In this document: one piece after another, positions 9,883 to 19,615 of the stretch
How the letters are laid out: every line of letters starts with the position of its first letter
How positions within the stretch are numbered: position 1 is the stretch's first letter
From: an uncultured delta proteobacterium
GTDB taxonomy: Bacteria; Desulfobacterota; Desulfobacteria; Desulfobacterales; QNYZ01
Length of the DNA: 64,000 bases
Reading direction: 5' to 3'
Assembly (NCBI GenBank): GCA_963845145.1
Contig: CAWJQU010000008.1
Span: 256,001 to 320,000 of the forward strand
Notes under the pieces: generated by a model
What the model saw: only the letters and a program-made list of their open reading frames with translations
The model's database searches: none
Told to the model about the DNA's origin: nothing
Program-made: the position numbers and the translations under genes

Positions 9883-10716
9883 ATGAAACTCAGATACTTT
9901 ACGGCACTTTTGGTCGCAATCCTGTTTGTTTTTCTGGGAACAAATGTCACGCTTGCGGAACCTAAAAAAGTAACTTTGGCGACCCTGGAATGGGAACCTT
10001 ATATCGGTTCTTCCATGAGTCGTTTTGGGCTAACCGGAGAAATCGTTGTCGAGGCATTTAAACGCATGGGGTATACGGTTGACATTAAATTTGTTCCCTG
10101 GACAGATGCCCTGAAACAGGGCGAAGCGGGACAGGTAGACGGTATCTTTCCGGCCTACCACTCAAAGGAACGCGAAAAGCACTTTTTGTTTTCCGAGCCT
10201 TTTGCGGAAAGCCCCCTAGGGTTTTACAAAAAATCCACCGCTGTGGCCGGCCCGAATATCTCCCAATTGGGTAGAACAGATGAGAATATCGTCTTTCCCA
10301 AGGACCCCAGGGCCGATCAAACCGCCGTATTAAAAATGATGCAGCAGTACAAATTCGGCGTCGTTGCCGGGTATGTCAATACACCTGAATTCGATGGGGC
10401 CGATTTTCTAGAAAAAGTAGAAGCAAAAAGTGATGAAGAAAACATCAGAAACCTGATCAACGGGGAGGTGGACCTCATCTTCATCGATCGCTATGTGGCT
10501 AAAAATATCATTGTTAAAAATTTTCCCTGGCACCTTCAGGATTACGAGTTTATGGAACCCCCCTTAACTACCAAACAGCTCTATATCGGCTTTTCTAAAA
10601 AGTCGGCCGATCACGAACAAAAGATGAAAGACTTCAACAAGGGGCTTTCGATTGCTGAAAACGACGGCTTGTTGAAGCGATTGACGGATAAATACGGTTT
10701 AAAAAGAAGATTTTAA
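9883..10716 (+). CDS. Periplasmic substrate-binding protein (family 3-like)
   Basis: Signal peptide MKLRYFTALLVAILFVFLG..., EWEPYIG and FVPWTDAL. RBS AGGAGG precedes ATG 9883. Confidence 0.85.
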   Translation: MKLRYFTALLVAILFVFLGTNVTLAEPKKVTLATLEWEPYIGSSMSRFGLTGEIVVEAFKRMGYTVDIKFVPWTDALKQGEAGQVDGIFPAYHSKEREKHFLFSEPFAESPLGFYKKSTAVAGPNISQLGRTDENIVFPKDPRADQTAVLKMMQQYKFGVVAGYVNTPEFDGADFLEKVEAKSDEENIRNLINGEVDLIFIDRYVAKNIIVKNFPWHLQDYEFMEPPLTTKQLYIGFSKKSADHEQKMKDFNKGLSIAENDGLLKRLTDKYGLKRRF

Positions 10717-10738
10717 CCGTTAAACCGACTAACGCGCC

Positions 10739-12931
10739 ATGTTAATCGAAATGGATGAAAAACACTCCCAATATCATTTTCGAGTGATGGGTTGGAAAAA
10801 ACACCGGTTCCGCTTGGTAGGGATCATATTCATGGTAATTTCAATGCTGATTCCAGCAAGCGTTGGCCAGGTTACGGCCCAAGCGACAGACGCATCCCTG
10901 TCGTCGGCAACGGAAACAATACAACCGGCCGGATCGAAAACCGTTGTCCTGGCCCGGGCAACCTGGGATACCGGCTGGTTTCAGACTGAAATCTTCAGAC
11001 AATTGTTGCAGGCGTTGGGGTACACCGTTCCGGAGCCGAAAACCCACGATAACGAAGACTTTTACCGGCTTGTAGCGACCGGTGCGATTGATTTGTGGGC
11101 CAACGGCTGGTTCCCGCTTCACAATGCCTATATTAAACAGGGGCTAAGCCAAGAAGCCCTTCAACCCGTGGGCTACGAGGTGAAATCGGGTGCTCTGCAA
11201 GGATACCTCATCGATAAAAATTCCGCCGATAAATTAGGAATTAAAAGTCTGGCGGATTTGAAAAAGCCCGAAGTCGCCCGCCTGTTTGACCGGGATGGTA
11301 ACGGCAAGGCCGATCTGATTGGCTGCAATAAGGGCTGGGGCTGCGAACCGGTCATTGAACATCACCTCGACGTATATGATTTGCATGATACCGTCGAACA
11401 TGTTCAGGGAGAATACTCCCCCCTGATGACCGATACCGTCGCCTACCACCAATCCGGTCGACCTGTCCTGTTTTACACCTGGACACCCAATTGGATTGTC
11501 GGCACCCTGGTACCGGGCAAAGATGTGGTATGGATTGAGACGCCCTTCCCCAGCTTACCCGAAGGAGATAAGCGTCTTGAAAACCAAACGACCATCCCAA
11601 GCGTTCCGGGCTGCGTTAACGACCCTTGCGCCATGGGATTTCCTCCCAATGACATTCGGGTGGTAGCCAATAAACAATTTTTAGCCAACTATCCGGATGT
11701 GCACCATCTACTCAAGTTAGTGGCGATTTCGCCTGGGGCCATTTCGGCCCAGAACGCCAAAATGATTGACGGTGAAGATGACGATGAAGACATCCGTCGT
11801 CACGCCCGACAATGGATCACGGACAATCGAGCAACGGTCGGCCGATGGTTGCAGGAAGCTCGCAAGTTTCAAGGAATCCATACGTCGACTGAACTGGCCG
11901 CCACTGATGAACCTCGTTTACCGGAAAAAGCGGTGTTGCAGGTCGTGACCAAGCGCTTTGAGCCCTTTGTCATCTATCAGGACAAAACATATGTCGGCTT
12001 CAGCATCGAGCTATGGGAAAAAATCGCCCAAAACCTCGGGCTTCAATATCGGCTGTTTGCCGTCAATACGGTGGCCAAACTTCTTGACGAAGTTGAGCGC
12101 GGCGCGGCGGATGTTGCTATCGCCGGAATCAGTATTACTTCCAGCCGGGAGCAGGTGCTTGATTTCTCCCATGCCTTTTTTGAAACCGGCCTCCAGATCA
12201 TGGTGCCGGTAGGTTCCGAATCTGTCTTAAGAGAGGTAATTTCGAAAGTTTTTGCCGTTATCTTTTCCATTGAGCTCTTCTATGGTGTGGCCTTTTTTTT
12301 CATCATCCTTATCATTGCGGCGCATATCATTTGGGTTTTGGAGCGGCGCAAGAACCCACAGTTTCCCATGGGTTATGCCCAGGGCTTGTGGCAATCGATC
12401 TGGTGGGCAGTGGTGACCGTCACAACCGTCGGTTACGGCGATAAAACGCCCAAAGGGGTCGCCGGCAGACTCTTCGGCCTTTTCTGGATCCTGGCTGGCT
12501 ATTTTGTGTTTGCCTATTTTACCGCAAGCGTCACGACCACGGCCACGGTCCAGGAGCTGCACGGAACCATCAGTGGCCCCGGAGACCTATTCGGAAAAAA
12601 GGTCGCTACTGTTGAAAAAAGTACCGCTGCCGATTATCTTGCCGAACAGGGCGTTCCAATAGTTGTGGTCGACGATATCGGTAACGCTTTTCCGCTACTT
12701 GAATCGGGCAAGGTGGATGCCGTCGTCTACGATGCGCCGGTGCTTCAGCACTACGCTTCCAAGGCCGGAAAAGGAAAAGTCAAAGTCGTCGGCTTACTTT
12801 TTCAGGAACAGAATTACGGGATTGCCCTGCAAGTCGAAAGCCCCTATCGGGAAAAAGTCAATATCGCCCTGCTGGAACTCATCGAAAGCGGGGCCTATAA
12901 AGAGATTGCCGATAAATGGTTTGGCGGGTAG
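10739..12931 (+). CDS. Fusion of ProX-type glycine betaine-binding domain and GluR0-like ligand-gated potassium channel (S1-M1-P-M2-S2)
   Basis: ProX motifs NGWFPLH, GCNKGWGC and YTWTPNW. S1 segment GISITSSREQVLDFS. K+ filter TTVGYGD at 12422-12442. M2 YFTASVTT. S2 DAVVYDAP and YGIAL. Confidence 0.9.
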   Translation: MLIEMDEKHSQYHFRVMGWKKHRFRLVGIIFMVISMLIPASVGQVTAQATDASLSSATETIQPAGSKTVVLARATWDTGWFQTEIFRQLLQALGYTVPEPKTHDNEDFYRLVATGAIDLWANGWFPLHNAYIKQGLSQEALQPVGYEVKSGALQGYLIDKNSADKLGIKSLADLKKPEVARLFDRDGNGKADLIGCNKGWGCEPVIEHHLDVYDLHDTVEHVQGEYSPLMTDTVAYHQSGRPVLFYTWTPNWIVGTLVPGKDVVWIETPFPSLPEGDKRLENQTTIPSVPGCVNDPCAMGFPPNDIRVVANKQFLANYPDVHHLLKLVAISPGAISAQNAKMIDGEDDDEDIRRHARQWITDNRATVGRWLQEARKFQGIHTSTELAATDEPRLPEKAVLQVVTKRFEPFVIYQDKTYVGFSIELWEKIAQNLGLQYRLFAVNTVAKLLDEVERGAADVAIAGISITSSREQVLDFSHAFFETGLQIMVPVGSESVLREVISKVFAVIFSIELFYGVAFFFIILIIAAHIIWVLERRKNPQFPMGYAQGLWQSIWWAVVTVTTVGYGDKTPKGVAGRLFGLFWILAGYFVFAYFTASVTTTATVQELHGTISGPGDLFGKKVATVEKSTAADYLAEQGVPIVVVDDIGNAFPLLESGKVDAVVYDAPVLQHYASKAGKGKVKVVGLLFQEQNYGIALQVESPYREKVNIALLELIESGAYKEIADKWFGG

Positions 12932-13033
12932 CGGGGCCATGGCGAGAGAGCAACATTTTAAGAATATTAGATCGATCATATGGCAATAAAAAGAACGGAT
13001 CTCATTTTGACATCAGACCAAAGGAGATAAATC

Positions 13034-13477
13034 ATGATTGACGTAAAGAAAATACTCGTACCTACGGATTTTTCGGAATTCTCCGACAAAGCGCTTTCCG
13101 AAGCGCTTGAAATAGCGGAGACATTTAATTCTAAAGTCTACCTTCTCTATGTCCAGCGGGGTGAATCGGGTTTTACGATAATGGAGACATTTGACCAGGA
13201 AACCCAGGCCAAAATACGTTCCAAATTGGCGCAAAAAACCGAAGCGGCATTTAAAAAACAGGTGGCTAAATTTCCTTTAAGTGATAAAATTGAGATCGTT
13301 ACCGAAGTGGCCAAGGGCGTACCCTACAACGAGATTCTCGATTACCAAAAAAAGATTGATCCTGATGTGATGGTTATCGCCGCACAGGGGAGATCCGCAT
13401 TTGAAGATTTTTTCTTTGGGAGCACGTCGGAAAAAATCGTCAGAAGAGCAACTTGCTCGATTTTGGTGGTTAAATAA
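13034..13477 (+). CDS. Universal stress protein (UspA family)
   Basis: KILVPTDFSEFS and GSTSEKIVRRATCSILVVK. Confidence 0.92.
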   Translation: MIDVKKILVPTDFSEFSDKALSEALEIAETFNSKVYLLYVQRGESGFTIMETFDQETQAKIRSKLAQKTEAAFKKQVAKFPLSDKIEIVTEVAKGVPYNEILDYQKKIDPDVMVIAAQGRSAFEDFFFGSTSEKIVRRATCSILVVK

Positions 13478-13580
13478 CGCCATTTAACTAAAAAAATTAT
13501 CACTTGCTTAGGATAACATTTTTTAAGAGACTACAAGTTTAATCTATACTTTTTCATTATTTTGTGAAAAACCTTCATAG

Positions 13581-14297
13581 ATGAACTATAAAACGATTAA
13601 ACGCAGCTCAACATCTGAGCTGGTGATGAAAGAAATTCTTGATAGCATCCAATCCGGTGCTTTAAAACCGGGGGACAAGCTGCCGACCGAACATGAGCTG
13701 ATGAAAATGTTCGGCGTTGGACGATCTTCGCTTCGTGAAGCCATATCAGCACTCGTGCTGGTCGGGTATATTGACGTCGTTCAGGGTCGGGGATCGTTCG
13801 TGAAAAAAGATCTTAATGATATGGATCTTACCACATTTGAATTAAAGGACATTCAAGCGGCGGCCAGTATTATCGATCTCATCGAAATCAGAGAAATCCT
13901 CGAATGCAATACTGCTCGCTTGGCCGCTCGAAGAGCAGGGCCTAATGAATTAGAACGCCTACGGCAGATTCTCTCGGAGATGAAAAAAAGTAAGAAAAAC
14001 ATTGGACGCTTCTCGAAACATGATTTTGATTTTCATGTGACCCTGGCTGAAGCCAGTGGGAACCGAATGATTCTTCAGATAATGAAACTCATCGTCAATA
14101 AGGTCCACGCCGCTTATGTGCGCTTAAAACACGAAACATTGTTTGATGCCGACCAGGCCATTATGACTGCAGAACAACTGGTTAAAAGTATTGCCGCCGG
14201 AGATGAAAACGCCGCCGCGGAGCAGATGGAAGCCCATTTGGGTTTGGTAACCACTCAGCTAAAACGGGTGGTTACGAAAAGAAAAGGAAGTCTATGA
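13581..14297 (+). CDS. GntR-family (FadR subfamily, FCD domain) transcriptional regulator
   Basis: LKPGDKLPTEHEL..FGVGRSSLREA wHTH, plus DFDFHVTLAEASGN. Confidence 0.93.
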   Translation: MNYKTIKRSSTSELVMKEILDSIQSGALKPGDKLPTEHELMKMFGVGRSSLREAISALVLVGYIDVVQGRGSFVKKDLNDMDLTTFELKDIQAAASIIDLIEIREILECNTARLAARRAGPNELERLRQILSEMKKSKKNIGRFSKHDFDFHVTLAEASGNRMILQIMKLIVNKVHAAYVRLKHETLFDADQAIMTAEQLVKSIAAGDENAAAEQMEAHLGLVTTQLKRVVTKRKGSL

Positions 14298-14411
14298 GTG
14301 GATCAAGTTGAGTCAGACCAATACAAAAGCATCCTTAATGTGTAAAGCGGAAACATAGAGCCATAACCCCGTAAAGTAAAAAACCAATACACATTGGGCA
14401 TATTCAGACCA

Positions 14412-15188
14412 TTAGGTTTTTTTCTTTTTTAAATAAAGCCCTGCAAGACCGCCAATCGGTTTTTTCGGGTGAGATGATATATTATTTTCGGTGGTTATGG
14501 CCGCAGGAGGGACAACCTCTTTTGATTTATCTTCGTTTTGTAAAATCAATGATGTAATTTCTTTATTAATTCTGTTCTTATTCAATGGGCATATATCGAA
14601 TAACTCAATGTCAACAATTTCCCAACTGAGCAATTGTTTCAAAGCATCCACGGCCTCAAGTGTGCCACAAACGGCATCAATGGGTCTTCCGTCTTTATAA
14701 AAAATCAACCCTTCCGAATCGCCCTTGCTATTAGTAATCCTCAAAAGGCAATCACTGTAATTTTGCTCCAAGACCTGGAAAAAAGAAGCACAACCGACCC
14801 CATGCAAATTGCCCCGATGATAAATATTACCGAGGGCCAAAACAATTTTTCCGGCCAGATCAACCGCCCTGAAAGGCCTGGCGATCATGCTCTTGATGCA
14901 GTCCCAAGTCTGCTGATTGTCAAATTTAAGTGTCGCATCTTGCCCGGTTATAATAAGGGGTATGGGCCGTTCTTCGCGCATGATGGACGTGATCAATCCA
15001 GCTTCCTTATGAGCGAACTTAGGCTCAATCAAAATCAGCGAGAAATCGATTAAGTTAATCGCTTGGATCGCCTGCTCAACATCAGCAGCAGTTAGAACTT
15101 GAAAATCATTATGGTAAGCCTCAATGGTTTTTTTGATTATTTCGTGAAAATTAGGATTTTCATCAACGATGAGGCATTGGATTTTCAT
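14412..15188 (-). CDS. Receiver-like domain plus DUF4388/PatA-N-like domain protein (probable pseudo-receiver)
   Basis: N-terminal LIVDE...LILIEP...ARPF. Then GNLHGV..SFFQVL, GLIFYKDGRPIDA and ALKQLLSW. Confidence 0.75.
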   Translation of the reverse strand: MKIQCLIVDENPNFHEIIKKTIEAYHNDFQVLTAADVEQAIQAINLIDFSLILIEPKFAHKEAGLITSIMREERPIPLIITGQDATLKFDNQQTWDCIKSMIARPFRAVDLAGKIVLALGNIYHRGNLHGVGCASFFQVLEQNYSDCLLRITNSKGDSEGLIFYKDGRPIDAVCGTLEAVDALKQLLSWEIVDIELFDICPLNKNRINKEITSLILQNEDKSKEVVPPAAITTENNISSHPKKPIGGLAGLYLKKKKT

Positions 15189-15267
15189 AAAAACCTGTTC
15201 CTGCTGATAAAGGTATTATTTCCATAACCACCTTTGGTGGGGGGCGTTTAGTGAAACACCCATAGTT

Positions 15268-16362
15268 TTAATTGTTTTCCAAATCACTAGATAAGTCCAT
15301 AATCGGAAAATCATAACCCTCGAAGCAGTCCATGAAGCGCAGTTTGAGCGTTTTTGCCTGAACATCGTTCGAAAATGAGAGAATGACTTGGACGAGGGCG
15401 TCAACAGCTTCAGCCGGGTTGCCCTTTATATCGCGAATCCGCTTGTTGCTACCCAGTGTGAAGAGGGCCGGATAGCTGCCGTCCGGATTAAAAACGTTGA
15501 ATACTTCTTGCATACCGGCGTCACCCAGTTCTTTCGTGGCCACCCGCGCAAGTTCATTAGTCAGCTCGAGAATTCGTGAGAGTTCAGTCTCAGCATCGAT
15601 GATGAGGTCTAACCCAACCGCCAGCTTTTCCATGCGGCCCATAAATAAATCAATCATCTCGCCCTTTATAATACCACCATGTTGGGGGGCAATCATCAAG
15701 GGAGGGGGATCCAGCTGCCTGATTTTTTGGAGAGCATAGCGCACGGCCTCCTTGCTGGGAAAGTAAAGCTGGTGAAAGGCCTTGACTCCCTCCCAGTGTT
15801 CTTCTTCGGCAATGAGCTCGGAGGTGGAAATACCCCCAAGAAAATCCCCACTGAAAAGAATTCGGGAATTGACATCATAATACATACAAGAGCCACGAAA
15901 ATGACAAAAAGGCGTCCTGACAAATTGCAAGATATAGTCAGGCTGGATCCCTGATTTTGTTTTCAAGCTTGCTTTCATATCCCGAAATTTTTCAACTGCC
16001 CGAAATTTTTCCGGATTTAGCCCAAAAAACTGCACAAGACGCCAGGTATCTTCAGTCATCAGGGTTAAGGCCTTGGGATTAACCCGCTGTATATGTATGG
16101 CATTAGGTCCCACATCTGGATCCTGGTGGTTGATAAATACTAAGTTGACCCGACTGATATCACCAATGATAGCAGCGACTTTTTTTTTCAAAACATCAAA
16201 ATCACATTCCGGCCCCGGATCGATAACCATTGAAAATATTTTATCTTTAATTTGATATACCCTGAGATAGATGTTGCGTCGCAACAATGCCTCTTCTGAA
16301 GAACCAACCCAGTATATATCCCGGTCTATCTCCACCGGTAATGTCAAATCGATATTTTCCAT
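15268..16362 (-). CDS. Metallo-beta-lactamase-fold di-iron protein (ODP/FprA-like) with C-terminal extension
   Basis: IDPG, HQDPD, PFCHFRG, LFSGD, FHQLY and IAPQHG motifs. No flavodoxin domain recognised. Confidence 0.8.
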   Translation of the reverse strand: MENIDLTLPVEIDRDIYWVGSSEEALLRRNIYLRVYQIKDKIFSMVIDPGPECDFDVLKKKVAAIIGDISRVNLVFINHQDPDVGPNAIHIQRVNPKALTLMTEDTWRLVQFFGLNPEKFRAVEKFRDMKASLKTKSGIQPDYILQFVRTPFCHFRGSCMYYDVNSRILFSGDFLGGISTSELIAEEEHWEGVKAFHQLYFPSKEAVRYALQKIRQLDPPPLMIAPQHGGIIKGEMIDLFMGRMEKLAVGLDLIIDAETELSRILELTNELARVATKELGDAGMQEVFNVFNPDGSYPALFTLGSNKRIRDIKGNPAEAVDALVQVILSFSNDVQAKTLKLRFMDCFEGYDFPIMDLSSDLENN

Positions 16363-16474
16363 GTCACATCCTTTGTAATTTAAGTTAATACCCTCATATC
16401 ACCATATCGGTGCCCGGTTTTTCCAAAATTCCACCATACGTCCAAATTTCACATAGCGCGGCTAACTGTATTTA

Positions 16475-16490
16475 AGCAATATTTATGCCT
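16475..16490 (-). promoter_or_regulatory. Candidate sigma54 (-24/-12) promoter for the ODP-like operon
   Basis: Minus strand reads AGGCATAAATATTGCT (GG-N10-GC), about 110 nt upstream of ATG 16362, with an AT-rich tract upstream of it. Confidence 0.6.
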
Positions 16491-16934
16491 AATTATAATA
16501 TATTTTATTAGTTTATATTTTAAATGGTTATATTTTCATATGGGTTATTTTTGATTTATCGCTTAGTATAAATTGTGTAATAATGTAATTAAAACGACAC
16601 TTCGTGATGCGGGCAACGATTTGAATATTTATATATACGTAAGCCAATTTCAAAACGAATAAAAAGGCAGTCAATTATTCGGCTTCGAATTGCTTGTAAA
16701 AGATTTTAACATGCTGATATATATAATAAGACGCAATCTTGTGTTCTACTAATTGCGATTGTAAAAATAGAACCAACGCGTGACCTTCAGGAAATTATTT
16801 CCTTGTTAAAAACATACCGTTTGTCTCATTTTTAGAATTGTAATTTTAATTTGGGTTATACTGCTATAATGGGTCAGACCGAGTGGGGCGGGAACATATC
16901 GGACCTTTCCCGTCAACCGAAATATCGGTTAATT

Positions 16935-17817
16935 TCAGCCTGTTTTTTGAAATATACGATAGGCATTCTCAAATCTTTTAAAATTCTTCTCTGTATATTG
17001 CTCGAAATCAAACTCAAGGGATGAATGAATTTCCTGCACCATACTCCATAATGTCTCTCTTAATAATGACACGCATTTCATTGAGGCAAACCGATGTCGC
17101 AGGCTATCGGTCGACCGGTTGCTGGTAATATGTCTCCAAGAGCCACTCTTCCTGATTCAAAGAAAGTTCGTTGTTGGAAGACAAATTGACCAAGTCGAAA
17201 AGCGCCGTATTATAACCGGCATAATCCCAATCGATGAGCCACAAACGGTTCCCATCGTCAATAAAATTGGCGGCCAGTAGATCATTATGCCCGAATACCA
17301 ATTTAATTTCGCCTACAGTTTGTTCCAAAATCTCGTTAATATCGAGAAAGCGTGAGAGCAGATCCGCCCTTCGACTATTTCCCTCTTTGACCGTCCGGAT
17401 ATAATTTCGACAGACATGGAAGGGCCAGAAAACAAGGGCAGGGCCTTGAAAATATTTGGGGATTTCATGATGGCAGGCTCTGATCAGGGGAACGATCCGT
17501 TCCAATTGCCGCTGCTCGCATACATCCGATTCGGTTAAAGTGTGCCCCTCAATGAATCGACTGATGAAAAGACCGTCCTCTGCATAAACGATTTCGGGTG
17601 AAATCCCGGCCGCGTAGGCCGCACGGGCCGCCGCAATTTCATTGAAACGCATCACGCCATGAATGGGGATGTCATCGCCGATCCGCACAACGAAGCGTTC
17701 CCCCCGATCTTCCACAATATAATTGGTGTTGGTGATGCCGCCATCCAGAGGTTTAGGGTCTACCTTTGATGACCAAAAATCCAGTTTTGCAACCCTTTTT
17801 CGAGTATCTGTTTTCAT
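16935..17817 (-). pseudogene. Choline/ethanolamine kinase-like phosphotransferase, frameshifted near 17110
   Basis: GGITNTNY, FGHNDLLAANF and LIDWDYAG. Past the TAG at 17104 another frame continues DSLRHRFASMKCVSLLRETLWSMVQEIHS...KTG* to 16935. Could be a sequencing indel. Confidence 0.8.
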
Positions 17818-17956
17818 AGATTTTCAAAATTCTAAGAAGATAGTTGTAAATTCAATCGTAAACATTTTCTTGCTACTGACAATCATTCAGTCAGACTTGA
17901 TAGAATGATTTTCTAAAACCTTGCCACCACATCAACGAAGTATCGATCCGACAAAA

Positions 17957-18465
17957 TCAAACCGATTGTTCTCTCTTTAACTTCTTATACATCACAAGGG
18001 CGTCCACTAGGCCGAGTCGTGGGTGCCGAAAAGCCTCGGGTAGCGTTCCAATCACATTAAAACCGTGCTTTTTCCAGAGGTGGATGGCATTCTTATTGTT
18101 GGAAACAACCAGGTTGTATTGCATCGCGATAGAAACCCAAGAACAACAGCCTCTTGTTGTGAATGCGCGCACATCCTGGATGCAATACCTTTACCCCCGG
18201 CCAGCTTCGAAACGATGTACCCACAATTGCAGACATGGCTCCCAAGTTCAGGCTGGTTGGCTTTAATGTAGTAGGTCCCAAGCACTTCGTTCCCATCATT
18301 AACCGCCACATAGGTCGCCTTGGGTATCTCAATCCAGACGTTGTGGGCCTCTTCTTCGGTGATTCCAGGTGAAAAAGCATAGGTCTCGCCCGCCCTGAAT
18401 ACGGGCTTGATGATTCGCCATGTGCCGGACCAATCTTGCTCATCAAATCTTCTAATTTCAATCAT
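17957..18465 (-). pseudogene. GNAT acetyltransferase, frameshifted near 18130
   Basis: N-half ...HVCNCGYIV...GKGIASRMC..GF continues in another frame as AMQYNLVVSNNKNAIHLWKKHGF. Confidence 0.8.
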
Positions 18466-18523
18466 ATTGAGGGGTAACAACAATATTTTCCTTTAATACT
18501 TATGGTTTATTGGCCGATACAGC

Positions 18524-19382
18524 TTATTTGTTAAAAGGTCTACCAGGATAACATCGAATGCCCTGTTTTTTTGATTTATAATGTCTGATCGCAGATCTCA
18601 CCCCATTGATCATACTAACATCTCCAAAACAAAAATATTTGATAAAATGTTTTTCCTTAAGAGCCAACGCGTGAAAGATCTTTTTCTGTGATAGTCCTTT
18701 TTCCCAAAGCAGGATAATATTACCATATAGATTTTCAAGAAAATCGAGTTTTTTTTCAATATGCTTTTTACCGTCTTTCCGTTTAGGCGAGTGACTGCAT
18801 AGGAGCATATCAAATTCCAATTTTAGAATTTTTTTCAACGTTTCGATCTGACACCCCATATCTTCATCTGATCGGAAATACTTTATTTTATCTGCCAAAT
18901 AAAGATCTCCCGAAAACAATATTCCCGCATTTTCAATATAATAGGCTATGTGGTCTATCTGAATGCCCGGGAGTATGCACAGGAACCATGTCGCCCAAAC
19001 TAGTTTCAATTCTTTTCGGTGTATTTTCTGCAAACAATGGGTCGGCTTTTCCCCACATATATTTTTGATAGGGTAGAATTTTGAAAGGGACGGACATCTT
19101 CTTTACGGTTATCGGATGCCCGTACACGTGTGCGCTAAACGATTGTTTTATGGCTGCCGCATTCCCGCTGTGGTCTTCATGGTGATGGGTTAAGTAGATC
19201 CTTTGAATATGATTATCCCCAGCAATCTGCAGGACTTCTTTGCGCATATGCGCTTGGGCCGTATCCACCATCAAATCGCCAATCGTATAGCAATAAACCA
19301 TCATCATTGGGCGACCAAATAAGGACCAACCCAGTTGATATGCATTTATTTCATTAAAAAAGGATGTTTTTAGAAACCTCAT
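18524..19382 (-). pseudogene. MBL-fold metallo-hydrolase, frameshifted near 18958
   Basis: THHHEDHSGN and HTPGHS in one frame, DHIAYY...LFSGDL...CSH in another. Confidence 0.8.
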
Positions 19383-19615
19383 CGTGGTTTGGTTACTTTA
19401 AGCTCGATCAGAAAAGATAGACTTAAGCTATAGGGCCGCCCTCCGATTGTTCATTTGGCATGCGACGAGATGCCGCGACGAAATCTCCGGAACTTTTCGA
19501 GACCTGGGTAGATACACGTGTTTCCGGCATGGCTTTGGGCTCCTATGTTATTATTATACTCGAATTTCTGAGATGGAATATTGGGTTCTTAGCGAGTGTA
19601 TTGATTTTTCGGTTG

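Noticed and set aside
17104..17106. TAG in the kinase gene as pyrrolysine readthrough, tempting near an MttB gene
   Set aside because: The family-like C-terminus continues in a different frame, so this is a frameshift. The MttB-like gene has no amber codon.
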